Below, piece after piece: positions 1 through 14,959 of a stretch of DNA of 64,000 nt; the first letter of the stretch is position 1, and every line of letters begins with the position of its first letter. Source of the DNA: Cladosiphon okamuranus. Its lineage: Eukaryota. The stretch lies in assembly GCA_001742925.1 (NCBI GenBank), contig DF977789.1, positions 186,001 to 250,000 of the forward strand, in the 5' to 3' direction. Under the pieces are notes generated by a model. The model was not told the origin of the DNA and did not search any database. It saw only the letters and a list, made by a program, of their open reading frames with translations. A program made the position numbers and the translations under genes.

Positions 1-325
1 TTACGAGAGCTAAGTGCTATAAACAGATTGACCAGCCGGTTGCATGGACCAGTGTGGAGTGACCAGGCGCGAGTATTCGATGTGATGCAGCTTTAGCAAA
101 ACAGGTTCCTAGTGGGTTTCACTGATTGCCCCACCTGTCGTTGCACGAACGTACAAACGTGTGTTGTCCCGGCCGATTACGTAGGCCGCTCGAGCGGACG
201 CGCTCCATCTGCTCGCCACCAAGCTTGCGACATCGTCACTGGAGGACGCTGACCAATCAACAGCATTCGCCGGAGCGACAGCTGTTGCGTCAGGAACCCA
301 GCCCGGCGGGGAACTGCTTCGAGCA

Positions 326-3300
326 GTGCCGCCCCTGCTGTCGTTTCCAACGCCTCCTCCGCGCGCAGCGCTGGGCCGCGAGCCGCCGTCCACCGTAGAT
401 CTGTCCGCCCTGAGCGACCTCCGAGAGTTCTTGACGGCGCGCCTATTGAGGATCTTTGCCCACAAGGACGAGGTGTTGGACGCCGGCACCAGCACCGCCG
501 GCGGAAACGATGGCGGCAACCCACATCGCCTTGGCCGACATGGTGGGGGGAAGGGCAAGCAACGAGCAGGCCGGCGGAAGGGGGGTCGCTTCCAGCTGGT
601 TCCTCTCAGGCTACTTGAAGAGCGCTCGGTGCCCAGTATGGGCCATAGCTTCGGTGGAAACCACGGCGGTGGAAAGGGTCACGGTGTTGTGCGGATCGCT
701 CGCGGGCGAGGGGTCGTCGCACGAGATCCGATTGGTCACTTGCTCCAGTGCTGTTGGGCGTTGGTCCCTGCGATCGAAGGATCGACGGAAGGGGTGCCTG
801 GCGACGAGGCACACAGGACGGTGGTGCCTGGCCCGGGTAAGCGAGAAGAAGCCGAGGCAATAGCAAGAGCCGTGTTGGGGGCGGGTAGGCGGAGGAGCGG
901 AGAAGGAGGGAGGCCGGCCAAAAGTGGGGCTGAGGTCCGTACTCGAGAGGCAGAAGCGCTGGTGGCCGTGGTGGACTTCCTGCAGAGAGGCGGGGTTATG
1001 GAGGTGAGCTCCTGTTTTCGAAAATAGACACGAAAATCGGCTTTGGGAATGATGTGGACTCGACGCACGACGTGTCGTGGGTGTTGTTGGTTGTCTCCAT
1101 CAAAACTATCTGGGGTGCTTCTTGCTCTCGTCAACAAACGTGTCGATAGACCTCTCTGTGTAAACCTTTTTTCCAATTGTGTTGCTGTACTCTGGGAGAC
1201 GCGGTGTTGCGAATTATCGCTATTATAGTTTAAAATTCATGAGTTTCCTTTGATTCTCCCCACCGTGTTAGCAGTCACACACCAACCACTAGTATCACTC
1301 GCGTGTTCCGCTCCTCTCATGTCCAGACACTTCGAGTAGTAGCCCCATCCAACCAGGGAGCGACCTGTTCCCGGGAAGCCAACGGTGATGTCTCCGAGCT
1401 CCCATCCCCCCCTCCACTAACTTGCCACCCGGGGGTAGTGAGCCCTCTCACCGCATTGGGCATTGTGGTAACACTTTCGGAAGCGCTGGTCGACTGCCTA
1501 CTCAGCGGTGAGCTTGGCAGCGATTGCGATTCTGCTTCGGAAACCTTGTCGCGTGTTCTTTTCAGGAGGACAGGTTTGGCGTGGATGTTCTTCGTTGACT
1601 CCTTGTATGTTTTACTTGTATGGTTTCACCCCCGTTCAATGTACAGTTTAAAGTAGGCCTGAGTGCAGCCCGGACTGCACTCTTGCCCTCGATGTGTTCT
1701 TTTTTGTTTTCCTTTACTATGTTTCTTAAAGGTCGGCTTCCGGTGGCTACAATTTTTTGTAGCATCTGCCGCTTGTTCGCAGAGTTTTAGAACACGTTTG
1801 CACCTGATTACCGCCGCTTCCACCATTCGTTGCGCTCCCCCTCGTGTGTGCGTTCATCGTTGCATCAGGAAGTGCGTGCCCCCCGGGGATCCGGGTTCCG
1901 CCGCGTAGTCCTCCTCGCTGCGACGACGACGACGACGGCCATCGCTACCATCGAAGCGCTCCAAGCGGCGATCCGAAAGCTAGGAATTGCCCATCCCTTG
2001 TGTTGTGGGCGGTTGCAGACGTGTTCACTCTCCTCGCGGCGGCCACGCGGATCGCGGACAACATTGCAGGGCCGGCGGGAGGGTTTTCGAAGCATTCCAA
2101 AGCGCGAGCCCCGGAAAGCCTTTCGGAGATAATCGTGTCTCTCCCGGCTGAGACCCTAGCTTTGTCTAGGGGCTCTGAGCTGAACTCGGCGGCGGGAGCT
2201 GGGGCAGACAAGGATGACGAAGATGAAGGGGGTGAGACAACGGGAAGGGGGTGTGGCAAAAGCCGTGGACAGGGGGGACGAGAGGGAGGAGGACGAGGTG
2301 GGGGGGGAGGAGGAGGTGACCCGATGGGGCAGTGCGCTTTGTTATCTCCGGCGTCTGCGCTTGTTTTTGTCAACGAGTTTTTGGAGTGGGCGGCAAGCGA
2401 GACGGGCAAGAGCCCGGCGGCCCTCGTGGCGCAGGGATGGGACGGCGGCATCGGCGTGTGGCTGGGGCTTATTCACTCCGTGCAGACACTGGTGCGGGCT
2501 TTGCGAAACGCGACGGGCGAAAGCGTCGGCATGCGCCGAGAGGGGACCGGGGGCGTCTCGTCGAAAGGGAAAGCGACCACGGGCGACGGCCCTTCCGCTG
2601 AGGCAATAGCGCTTGTCATTTTCCAGCTGCGAACGGCGGTTGGTACGCCATCGGCAGCGCTTGATGTCCTTGACCCTTCGGCCGCCGGTGTCGAGCCTCT
2701 TCTTTCCCACGACGAACAGACGACCGGTGCGTCGTCCCTTTCGCCAGCAGACGGTGGCTCCTTTGCCGGAAACACCACGAGCGGTGCTCAGGATAGTGAC
2801 CCACCTGACGTGCGTCGTTTGTCCCGCCGTCCCCAGCCGGGGAAGATGATCACGGGATTCCTGAAGCGTATGAGTGAGAGATGGAAGATGGCTCTGCCCT
2901 GGGGCCTGCCGAGCGCCGCGCCCCCCCGGCGCGCTTCCCCGAGGCTAGAGCGTAGAAGCGGACGTCGCCGTGGCGGTGGCGGTGGCTTCGGCGGGGAGAA
3001 CGCGCCCAAGACCTTGAAAACCGAGGCCGAAGACCTGTTCTTCGCGCTTCGGGGAGAGCTGCTGCGCGCCGAGCGGCTGGTCCTTTCGATCCTGCTTGTC
3101 GGCCCTAGTGCCACGCTCACCAGCAGGGCGTGGACAATGCGAGCTGCTCTTGCGTCGGCACTTAGGCGGTCGGGCGAGGAAGCCGTAGACGCGGTCGGGC
3201 TGGGGGCGTTGCGGCCGCCTGCCGTTGCATCAGTTCAAATCGGTGCTCCGCCTGTTCGTGCAAACGGCCCGACCGAGGTCTCACGCCGCCCGTCGCCTAC

Positions 3301-6300
3301 CGGCGAGGAACCACCGGAGTCGGGCTCGGGTCCTGCACGAGCTGCGCCGAACGCTAACGGCCGGAATGCGGGGCCTGTCGTCTTGAAGGTCACGAGGCGA
3401 ACAGGTGGTGGAGGCGGATGTGCTGCTGTGGCAGAACAGCCGAGCGGAGGTGAGACCGCGGGGAGAGGTGCGCGGGGCTCCTTCGCCGGAGACGGCAAAG
3501 GACTCTACTGGGATGGGCTTGGGAGCTTGTGCCGACTGGCGGCAACGGAGATGCGAGAAGGATTGGAGGATGGGCTGTCTGTGAAGCTTTCGCAGGCCTA
3601 CCTTGACCTCATCGAGCTCCTGGGTAATGCCGCGTTGCAGCACCAGCACCAAGCACGACCGACACCCACAACAACCAGCGAATGCGGCCCGGTTGCAGGG
3701 AGGGCGACGGCACCGCGCCTCCGCGCCGAGAAGGAGTCGCGGCAGGCCTCTGCCGGTTCCTGTTCGACCGGAAGCGCTAGCGTCATCGCCAACGGAGACC
3801 GGCTGAAGGAGGACGATGCGGGCGCCGGGGGCGTTCTGCTTTCTATCGTAACTTGCCACACCATCGCCCAACCCAGTCTCTTCAAGAGGCTGATTTGTGG
3901 AGGTGTCCGCTTCGACGGCGTCGGGGTCATCCGACACTTCAAGGCGTCTAGAACCGCCGCGGTCACGCTGGCCATGCTGGAGGCTCGGGACCATGAACTC
4001 GCTCGTGCAGTGGTGGGGCACGGCAGCCGGAAAGTGATGAATTCGGTAGAACCCTGTCCGGGTAGAAGCAACGACGCGAACGGAGCGAAGGAGTCCGACT
4101 TGTTGCGGCGGGCGATGCCCCCATCCCCACCCCCTTCGTTGGAGAGGAGCTCGCGGCTCGTGGTTCACTGTGTGCGGTGGATTCGCGCTCGCCACGGCAG
4201 CAGACGAGTCCGAGCGACGATCCACCTCTTCGAGGAGGACGGGTGTGAATCGAGCGAAGAGCTAGACGTCGAGGCGAGCGGCGGCCCCAACGTCGAAGAA
4301 ACACGCACCGACGGATACGGTGACGGGGAGGGCGAAGACGGTGGTTTGTTGGAGAGAGAGAGCGACGGGCCTCTCAGCCGGTACAGCTTCCGCCCGGAGG
4401 AGGTGAAGTTCGCATCATCTCGGGAGTGCTTCGTCGCCATGCGCGCGGCATTGGTTGAGTGCGAGGCCGCGCTTTCCTCGGCTTCAGGTGGGGTCGACGT
4501 TCGCGGGGGAGGCGGCCGCTCCGTCGCGGACGGAGACTTGGCCGACGTTGTGGCGACGGTTTCCTTCGGCCTACGAGAGTTCTTTGCACCGGTAGTGGTA
4601 ACGGCCGCGCAGGCGACCAATCGGACGGCCACAAGGCAGAAAGAGAAACAGAAAGAAGCCGCCGCTGACTCTGCTCCCGTCGCTGCCACCGTGGCAGGGC
4701 CGCTCTCGACCCCAGCCCCTGCTGAGCATGTCGGCGAGCACAAGAGCGGCGACTGCAAAATCAAAGGCACCACTGGAGGTGCTTGCCCCCTCGCCGCTCT
4801 CGGCATTTTCCCGGACACCGTCAAGCTCTTGCTGATGCGGGTGCTTGAGCGGCTCTATCTGGTGGGCAGGGGCTTAACGGTCACCGCGTCGTCCGCTCTA
4901 GCGAAGCCTTCCTCCGTGGCTATTGCAACCATTGGGAAGGCGCAGGCGGCATCGTCGCCGCCGACGGCGGGGGCATCGCCACCGCCGCCGCTGCCTCCAT
5001 CGGGCCCGTCTCCGCCGCCGTCCAAGCGACGCCGTCGACAATTCGTGACGGCAAACGCTGGGAAACCGGGGGATCAAGCGGGAGGTGCGCCCGCCAAGGC
5101 ACCCACAGAAGAAGGCGAGGAAAGCGCCGCCGGGCGCCGCTGCGGGGATGTTTGTTTCGCCGCTGGCCGTGCGATTCCTGCTGCAGCGGACAGGCCTGCA
5201 TCGCGTTTGCGGTCGAAATCAGTGTCCTCCTCTTCGGCTCGCCAGGGCAAGGGTCCTCTGCAAGGTGACCTCAACAACGGGGCTGATGCATCATCAAGTG
5301 GTGTTTCGGAGCCATCCACATCAGGGTCGGCAACCCGAGTGCCAAAGATACCGCAAGGCCCGGTAAACCCTCTGCTTACGCCTCTGTTACCGGCAGCGGC
5401 GCTTGCATCGGGGGACGGCCTGCACTTGATGCTGGCGGCGAGGATTTGGGCGGAGGCGCTACGCTCAAGGACCCCGAGGGGCAGCGATGATCCTTGCCGG
5501 AAAAGGGTAAGTCATGTTGTATATTCTACAACGGAGCGGGGTGAGACTTGCTAAATAGGGGGCGAAAGGGCATGAAGCTCCACCAATGAAATAGCCCTGT
5601 GAAAGACTGCGAGCCCGCGTTTTGTTGAAAATGCTTGAGCTTTTCTTTCAGGGTTCAAATCCAACGACGCCGTGCTGATCACGTGCTCTGCTGCGTTGTA
5701 TTTTGTATGTGTACATGTCGGTGTTCAACTCGCCTCCCAACACTCATGAACGGTTTTCCTGTCACCCCTCGTCTGTATATCTCCCATGCGTCGTCTCACG
5801 GTCAACACCCACGCAGGCGTCCACCATGCTGTTCAAGATGGAACGCTGCGAGCTAGAGATCGGCACGGCCGCACAGAGGGCCCGCCATTTCCTGGAGCAC
5901 TTCGAAGATCGCGCCAAGCACAGTACGGTTGGAGCTGGCACACGCGACGGACGCGTTGGGAGCGCGAAGAAACGCGCGCGTGGCCGTGTCGGCAACGGTG
6001 GCGGCGGCGGCGGCGGCGGCTGCCGTCAGGAGACAGCGAAGGGTGCCGAATCACCCCAGAGTGGCAAGTGCGATGAGACGCTAGAAAACGCCTTGAGGCT
6101 GCTCCTCTCCGGGGCCGACACCCTCGCGGCGTGGCGGCGGGACTATGCCGCGAAAGAGAAAAGCAGGGCGGCACGCTTCAATCACGACGGCAAGAGCAAG
6201 AGGGGCCACGCACGTCGAGGGGTGGCGGCGGCGGCGGCGAAGGCTGACGATGCGGAAGAAGAGGCCGTGACAGGGAGGCGTGGTAATGGTGCCAGAGATC

Positions 6301-6455
6301 GATTCGGCGTGGCCTCCGGAAAGAGGAGGAGATCGCGGGGGGTGCGGGTTAGAAGCCGAAACGCGGTGATCGATGGGTGGTTGCAGGAAGGGGGCGAGGA
6401 GGGCGGCAGCCGGGAGGACGCCTTCGTTGATTTGGAGGACTTCATCGAAGCTTAG
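326..6455 (+). CDS. Large multi-exon hypothetical protein, probably 5'-truncated by the window edge
   Basis: GC-rich open frames: 326-~1003 (donor GAG|GTGAGC), a possible exon at ~1320-1550, a very long exon at ~1870-5506 (donor AGG|GTAAGT; ORF 1844..5554) and a final exon at ~5795-6455 ending ...SRNAVIDGWLQEGGEEGGSREDAFVDLEDFIEA*. No family recognised. Confidence 0.7.
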
Positions 6456-7788
6456 GAGTATGGGGTAGCATGGCAACAAAGTCATCCACCCGTTGCGGAT
6501 TCTAGGATTTGTTCCAGCTCTCTTGAGTTTTTGCAGAAATTTGGTACCGGTGAAAGGGTTCGCGCCTGCAATGGGCTAGACTTCGTCTGCTTGGTCCAAA
6601 GCGTGCGGTTTGGTGAAGAGGTGTGAACGTCGGGTATATGGAACTGTAATAGAGCTCTGTCGCTGTTAGGGTTGGTGTAAAATAAAGTATCCAAACATGT
6701 CGAGATCGTTTTATCTGCTTCTTGATCCTGTTGGCGTGTCCGATCCAGCTCCTGTTCGGGGCAATGGCAACTCCCTAGTATGTTCCCGAAGAGTTCACTT
6801 GAGCGACACTCGCTTCAATCGCTGAGAAGGATGCGTGAATTCTTTTTGTCAGAGATGAAACCATTCTGGTCGAAGAGCCTCTAATCTAGAGGGCACAACC
6901 TCCTGCCGTACATCATATATAGGAACAACATTCCACAGACCTGCCACCGGAGAAGCCGCCAAGCATGATCAAGACAGCAAGCTGCCGGTTGAGCGAATGA
7001 AAACACATTCATGTGCACACAACGGAGTAGCAATTGGTCGGCAACTAAATCTCGTGCGTGATGGGTTCTTCATTGCGTCGGCTGTTGTGCGGCAACCAGA
7101 TCCTCGCGCAGAGACAACTACAAGATTTGAAATCCTCGATAACTCACGGCGGAACAGCCTAAAAAAAATGGGCGCATGTGTATCAAGACCCACGGGAAAA
7201 CCCAAACTGAACTCTACACAATCTTTGCTTTTTGGCAGTTGAAAACAGCGACGCGATACCCGAAGCCCCCTCTGCTTCGCCACAAAACAACACTAGCATG
7301 TACCTCCGATCCAAGCACTCAGCCCCAATGCTGGGGTGACTTGGGCTAAACAACGAGATCGCCCGAGCAGCCGCGGGTACAAGGCAAAGCGAACCGACTC
7401 TAGGCCTCGTGTCATATCACCAGCAACCCCTTTCAGTTGTAGCCTCGCCGAGCAGAGAAAATCCCCCACTCCACCTCCTCCCTTGCCTCCCTACTCCCTC
7501 CTCACAATGTCAAGAGTACAGCAGTGCAACCCTGGTCGACTATAAAACTTCGAGCATCAATTCCGATCGACATTGCCCTCTCTCGTTGCTGCAAAAGCCA
7601 ACACAGCACTGTGGTTAAATCCCCAGATTATGCTTACCACCAAAAATCTCCTACTCAAAGACTGACTGACTGACAAGTCTCTCGACCAACGCGAAAAAAA
7701 TCAATGAACGAAAGATCGGCCCACTCACCTTCCTTCTGAGTTAGTGTCCTTGAGACAAACCAAAAATGAACGAAGGTGCCACAACTAC

Positions 7789-10700
7789 TCAGTGGGACGG
7801 TTCTAGCACCGACAGCACTTCTACGGCAAAGTCGGCAGCGTTGACGGGAAGAGGATGCCCGCCGGAGACGTCGCCCATCATCAAATAAGAAGACTTGCCG
7901 CCTTCCGACCGCACAGGGACGAACAACGGGCCCTCCAACCTCTGCCAAAGTATATAGCAAGAAAGAGGGGGTTGGGCGGGATGCACGTCGCGGGCGTCGT
8001 CATGAGGGTGTTACAGCAGTAGCGAGGACGAAATGTACGCTATGTACCAACACCGATGATACAATGGTATCAGCACGAATACGACCACCTCCCGCTAGAG
8101 AATTAAACCCTCCCCGCAAACGAAGAAAATCCTAAAAGGGGTGGGGGGTCAGAGGTTAAGCTGAAGCCGTCTCAGCGATGAGGTCGTACGAAAGAGAAGA
8201 GATCGAGATGAATCAACGCCAACGAACACCAAACCAGAACTTGCAAAAAAAAACTCCTCTCTTGAAAACGCCGCCGGAAACAATGGCAGCGCCAGCTGGT
8301 TCTCGCTCACCTTGAGGGCGTTCATCACCGCGCGGGTGCTGACATCCTCCGCCACCCCGTCCCCTCCCGCGCCGGCGCCCGCCTCGGCCACCCCGCCTCC
8401 GTCCAACCCACCGCCGCTATCGCCGTTAACATCCTCGCCAGCGCCGTCGCCGTCACTCCCGGTGCCGTTCCCGGTACCCGCACCCCCGCTATTGACGGCG
8501 TCCATGTCAGTGCCGCCGGCATCGTCGTCCAGCCCGCCGTAAAGGTCGCCGTAAAGATCGTCCTCCTCTTCCTCCGCGCCGTCGGGAGAACCGTCATTCT
8601 CTCCCCCGCCGCCCGCGCCCGGTTCCAACTTAGGGGCACCGCCGTTGCTCATCTCGGCGTCAGCGGAAGGCGCTTCACCCGTAAGAGCGGCGGCGGCGGC
8701 GAGCTCTCCTCCCTCCTTCGCCACGATGTTGCCGCCGCCGCCTTCCTCCTCGCCATCCCCATCATCTTCGTCCTCTGCTACGAAGGTCACGTGGGCCTCG
8801 AGGTGGTTTCCCCCCTGGCGGGCGAGGGCCAGGTTGCGGAACGTGTCCGCGGAGAGAAGCCGCCGCGACACGCACAACGGCGCCAGGTTGGCCGCCTTTT
8901 TATGCACAGATGGGAGAGACGGAGCGACACGTCATACAAGCGTTTCAGGGAAGCGGGATGAATAAGGGGCTTCCCCGAAAAGCGGCGGCGGGTGATGTAC
9001 GACACATCCACCAAAGGCAATCTGTGCATTTGTTGAAAACGAGACAAGCTTGTTTGTACTGGTAGATATGGGTTGTTCTCTCACCACAGCGAGAGTTGTG
9101 GGATCACTCTCGGCCGCCCTGGCTCGCTCCTCTTCCTCTTCCTCGGCGGCGGCTGCCGCCGCCGCCGCCGCCGCCGCCTTGGCTTCTGCCACTTGCTCTC
9201 TTGCTTCCACCTCCGCGATCGCTTCCAAGTCGTCATCCGGCGGCGGAAACCTTGGGGGTTTGCCCGCGGGGCCGCCTTGCCATTGCTCGCCCGGCCAGCG
9301 GTTTGGCCCTTGCTGCTGCTGGTGCTGATGTTGGGGGGGGCGAAGAGCATACTGCATGTGGTCACCGGGGGGGCCTGTGCCGAGTAATGGAAGAGAGAGA
9401 GCGGGGGAGGGAGAGAGAGAGGATGAGCACGAGAGTAAAGCGCACCAACCACGGCTAGAAATGACTACAACGGCAGCAGCACCTCGAGATGAAAAAGCTG
9501 TGCACTACAACAAGGCTTTGATTGCACTGCACCAAACCCCTTCATCTGCGAGACAGCTGCTGCGACAAAACTTACTGAAAAGAACAATAGAACAACCCCT
9601 TCATCTGCCGCAATATCCCAAGTTATCATAGTCTTGCTACTCTTACTCTTACCGTATCCTTCGGCTCTTCTTGATCCTCGCCCGTGTTCTCCCCTGTTTT
9701 CTGCGTCCCATCCAGGAGGGGGGCCTGGGCCTCTACGCGGCCGCGAGTCGGAGCGGGACCGCGATCTCCGAAACCTTCGGCCGTCCGGCCCTCCTGGCAG
9801 CGGTCCCACTCCCCCAGGGCCACCGGGGCCACCTGGACCACCCTGCCCCCACCCTCCCTCCATGCCGTTGCCTCCCTGTCGCATTACCCCTTCTCGTTGG
9901 TGCCAGTTCCTGCGGACAGGGAGGTGGAGGATAAGCCGTGCGCGTCCCCGAGAGAATTCCAAGCACAGAGAGATAGGCTATCATACAAAGAAATTTCGGA
10001 ACAAACCACGCCCGGTGGATGCTAGACAAAACACTGCTGTCCATCCGTTGCAGAGTTGGTGATGCTACAAATGCGTAGCGGAGTCCTTCATGGATTCGCC
10101 CATTACTGTGAAGGCTTTAAGTCTGCATGCATGCCTTGGTACTCTTTGAAAAGATTTGAAAAGATTTGAAGAGATACAAATACGCGTTTGTGGCCGAGGC
10201 AGCCGGTTGCAATCTTGGACGACGTCCTCTCGCGATACCAACGAAAGCAATGTCAACTCAAACAGCAGCGCTACAGCCCCAAGTTCCGACCAAACAACTC
10301 CAAACCGGCTACAACAGGATTTGACTTGACTCACCCTTGCATTCCGCCTTCGGGCCCCATCCTGCCTCCTCCCCCCGGCCTTCCCAGCCCTCCCGGCCCT
10401 CCCGGCGCCCAGCCCGCCCCCGGTGTGCGCGGAGGTAGCACGTCACCCCGCCCATTCTCCCACGGTGCCGCGCCCGCGCCCATCGGCCGCCACGGACCAT
10501 CTCCGTGGGGCGGCGGCGGGCCCCTATCCTCTTCTCGGAGAGGACCACCTCGTCCGCGGCTGCCTCCCTGCCCCCGGCCTTGCGCGGGGGGCAACCCGGG
10601 ATTTCGGCCGAAGCCTCTCGGCGGCAGACCGCCTGCCGCAGCCCAGGGAGGAGGGCCTTGACCCCCAGCGGAGGGACCCGCACCGTCGAATTGAGGCGGC

Positions 10701-13700
10701 GGACCATCCTGTCCGTGCCCCTGCCTCTGCCCCCTCATCTCCCCGACTCTTCCCATCCCATCGCCCCTTGGAGGGAAGAAGCCGGGCCCTCCTCTCGGCC
10801 CGCCGCCGACAGCCATGTCCCCTTCCCTGTTCCCTTGGTGCCGAGGGATGAATTGCTGCAGCGCCGGGTCGTTCCAGGCGGGGTGCCCGGGGGGGGGCGG
10901 GCCGCGCGGCCCCCAAAACCCAGGGGGCGGGCGCGGGATTCCCCGCCCCCCGGGTGCCGCGAGCTTGCCCTGCTCTGGTCGATTGGGTGGGACCCCTGGG
11001 CCCCGGCCGCCGCCTCCGCCGCCGCCCCGGCCCCCGCGGGTGCCCATGCCTAGCTCCTTCGATCCCGCGATCGGGCCGTCCGGGCCGCCTTGCCTAGGGC
11101 CGGGTCCCGACCTATTGGCGGATTCTAGGAGGTGAGGGGCGCCGCCACCGCGAGTGTTGGGGGCAGCTGGTCCTGTTTGTGCGCACAGTTGGCGGAATCG
11201 ACGGGTGGTAAAAAGCACACGCGAGGATGGGGTATTTGTTTCTTACTGTCCCCAAAATTCATCGCGAGGATGGAACGGCACGCGAGTTTGCTCTTCCTGC
11301 GGTTCGCTGCATACGCGTCAAAATGGTCGACTGTTTACCTCGGTTACAACAATACTCAATTATTTTGTTGGCCAAGAAACTTGTCGTTGATTTGACGGCT
11401 TCACTATGACGGCTTCACGATAGAAAAACAAACCAAATAAACAAAGCTTCCGGCGAAAAAGAGGAGTGGAGGGGGAGGGCAAAAAAGTGGTGCCAACACG
11501 CATGACACGACCCTTACTTGGTGGACCGAACCCGCCGTCCGACAACTCCGGCTCCCCGACACCGCCTCCGGGAGGAAACGGTGAGCGCCCTCCACCTCCC
11601 CGACCTCCTCTCCCTCGCCCGCCGCCACCCCGACCGCCGTCTGCCCCGAAGTCTCCACCAGCACCCCTCCCGCCTCTCCCATAAACCCCTTCCCCGTCGG
11701 GCGGCGGCCCGAAGAACCCTCCCGGCCCGCGCCCGCGCCCGCCCCGGCCGGGGTCACCAACACCCCTCCCGCCTCCAAGCGGCATCATGCGCTCCTCCGG
11801 CCCGCCGCGGTCCAACGGACCTGGCCCCATTCCTCCACCACGGCCACCGCCGCCGGGGGGAGCGTCCACTGCCCCGTTCGCCCAGGGAGGGGGCTGGTTG
11901 ACGCCGTCCATGGGGGGAGGACCTCTGCGCCGATCCCGGTCGATCCTGTCCATAAGTCAAGTCAAAGCAGCGCGCGGGGAGGGCGGCGATGGAATCAGTA
12001 AAGGGGGTGAGCGACAGTAGGACGGCGTCGTACAGCGCGCAGGGCTTCCTACTGTAAATGGTTTGGACACATCTTGCTTCATTCCAACCGCATGACGCGA
12101 ATCAGCGGAACCAGAACCAACCCCTTCAACCTAGGAGAGCTTAAATAGCCCCCATCCAACACTGCACCCGCACCCATGTCCACCAGAAGGCAACACTACA
12201 CANTCCCCCCCCCTGGGTACTCTCCGCCACGCCCACGGCCGCCCCTGCCCCTGCCCCCGGGCCCGAACTGCACGCCTCTATCCCGCCCGCCGACCATACC
12301 CCTGCCCTGCATCCCCGGCTCAAAGCCTCTCATTCCGGGCTCGACGCCCCTTCCTGGACCGGCCGGCGGCATGCCGGGAGTGCGGCGCAGTATGTCCTCT
12401 TCGCCTCTCATGCCTCCTCGGCCTCCCTGCGGCGGGCCGCCACCGGCGCTGTTTGGCCCGCCTGCGGGCATGTCTGCGAACGGTGGCACCGGAGGCCCGT
12501 CGCCCCTACGGAGCGAAAACGCACCCACACCGATCGCATGCGTGAGAGAGAGAAACGTGAGGCCGCAGAAGCATGGATTGTCGGAAAGATTAGGATTAGG
12601 ACTACTTACACCAAGAAAGTGCGATGGCTGTTGCTTGTGTTTTCACATCTCTGCTGCTATACTTCGCGCCCGCTTGCACTCGTGGTGGTAGAGCGGACGC
12701 GGAACACGTTCGTGGTCCGCAAGGTAGACTTAAAGTTACCCGATGAAGGCACGGGAGAACTCCAAAGAGACATACGGACAAACAATCGACACCAACACAA
12801 TGTATAACAGTGTGATACAATCAAGCAATAACAGAAAACGAGGTCACCGAAAAAAAAAACAATGCAACGGTATCCTACATCTGACAGAGTAGAGCCCATC
12901 GTCATATCCAACACCAGAGGTAAAGATCAACCGAAACACAAAAGGGTTGGGCACCGGATGATTCCGACATACGCACGCGCGCACGCACCTCATACGCTTA
13001 GCGGGGGAGTGCCCCGGCCCGTAGCCATCTGGCCCGCCGACAAGCGTTCCCGTGCCTGTTCCCGCCCCCACTAAAGGCTCCAAAGGCGCCAGGTCCGTCT
13101 CCGAGGGCCCGCGTGCCCTACTTCCGCTTCGTCTTCGTTTGTCCCTGCGCAGAGTAGTGAGTGAGGTACCCAACATTGAGGACGGCACAAGAATTTATGA
13201 GAGTGACTGCGGGCAGCGCACGCAGACAATTACCGACGGGGCGACGGTGTGGATGCCGACTTTGGAAGGGCTCGTACGCTTCACGGCGGAATTTCAAAAG
13301 AGTCTGAGTGCACCCTGTTGAGGCCCTTTGTGAGAGGCCATCGGCTACTTGCCAATGGTGAGCCGGACCCGGGACTCGCCAACCAACATTAACCAGCTCA
13401 CCTCATTACTGACCCGGGTCCTTCGCCTCCGCCAGCTCCTCCTCCTCTCATCCGTTCCAACTCTCGCTCGTCAAGATCGCCAGGGGGGCCGCCGCCGCCA
13501 CGCCCCCCACCGTTAAACGGCCCCTGAGGATGAAGCCGCCCCTCCGGTGGCAAAGGAAACTGAGGGCCGTTCCAAGGACCGTTACGATCCCCCCGATCGC
13601 CACCTCTGAATTCCCCGGGCGGTCCCACCGGTGCCGGTGCCCCGGACATCGGGTCTCCTCGTCCCCAAGGTTGCCATCCCTCCTCGCCTCTACGGTCGTG

Positions 13701-14683
13701 CGGCGGGGGCCCTTCTGGAAGGCCGCCACGGCCGCCGCCGCCGCCGCCATCACCGTTGTCACGCCTGTATCTATCCCTCGACCCGCCCCTCGGCCCGGAC
13801 CTATCCCCACCTCCACCTCTTCCACCGTGCGTGCCTGCGTCGCTCATTCCCCGGCCGCTGTCGCTCCCTGGGTGCGGTGGACCCTCTTCGCCTCTTCCTC
13901 GTTGTTCCCCAAACTCTGACCAGGGCCTTGGAGAGCGGGCGCTGCCGTCTCGTCCGAGCCGCGGACCATTTCCCTGGTGGGCTCCCTCGCGACTGCTCCC
14001 GCGGCCGCCGCGCCCACCACCACCACCACCACCACCTCGGCCTCTGCCGTCTTCATCCCTTGCCCTGTCGTCAGAGTCTCTGCTGTAGTCCTTCTCTCCT
14101 CGATGGTTTCGGTCATGGTTGCGGTCCACGGGCTCTCGGTTGCGGGTGTCTCTAGCCCCGTAGTAGTCGGCGCTTCCCCGGGCGTGGTACGCATAACCCC
14201 CCCTAGTCCCTCCGTAACGGTCCTCGGGCCCATGCCCATGTCCATGCGGTCTATAGTCCCTCTCTCGACGGTAGCCAGCGCCAGCGCCAGCGCCGCCGCG
14301 GTGCTCGTCTCTGTCCTCCCGCGACATGTCCTTGCTGTCTTTGTGAGGCTCGCTCCCGTCTCCCCGGCCCTCCCGTTTCTCGCCCCCGGGACCCTCGTTC
14401 TCCTTTTCGCCAAGGGGTTTCGCCTTGTCGCTGGCGGGCTCCCTGTCGCCACGGGGCTCCTTCCTGTCTCCGCCCCGAGCGTCTCCGATCCCTTGGTCGG
14501 CATCTCCGTCCCGACTACTTCTATCCCTGACGTCGTGTCGGGCCTCCTTCTTCCCCTTGCCCCCAACCTCCCGATCTATTTCCCTCGGTGGGTCTTTGTC
14601 TTTGTCTTTATCTTTGCCTCGATCTCTACCGTTACGGTCGCCGTTTCCAGGAGGGCCGTTCTCCCTGCGATAGCCCCGCCGCC

Positions 14684-14729
<46 letters not shown>

Positions 14730-14927
14730 GTGGCCCCTCTCCTGCTCACGCTGCGGTCTGCCTCGCTCCTGGTCCCTGGATCGCCCGCCGTACCGATCCC
14801 AAGAACGCTCGCGAGGGCTCACTCTCGAGTAACCGCGACCGCTACCGCCACGCGAAGCGGGGGGGCGCCACCGGTTGTTCTCCCTGCTCCTGCTCCTGCT
14901 CCTGCTTCGGCTGCGAATGCGGCTCCC

Positions 14928-14959
<32 letters not shown>

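Noticed and set aside
12203..12203. Single N at the probable donor of an RGG exon, giving an apparent phase mismatch
   Set aside because: It is an assembly ambiguity next to a poly-C run, not evidence of biology.
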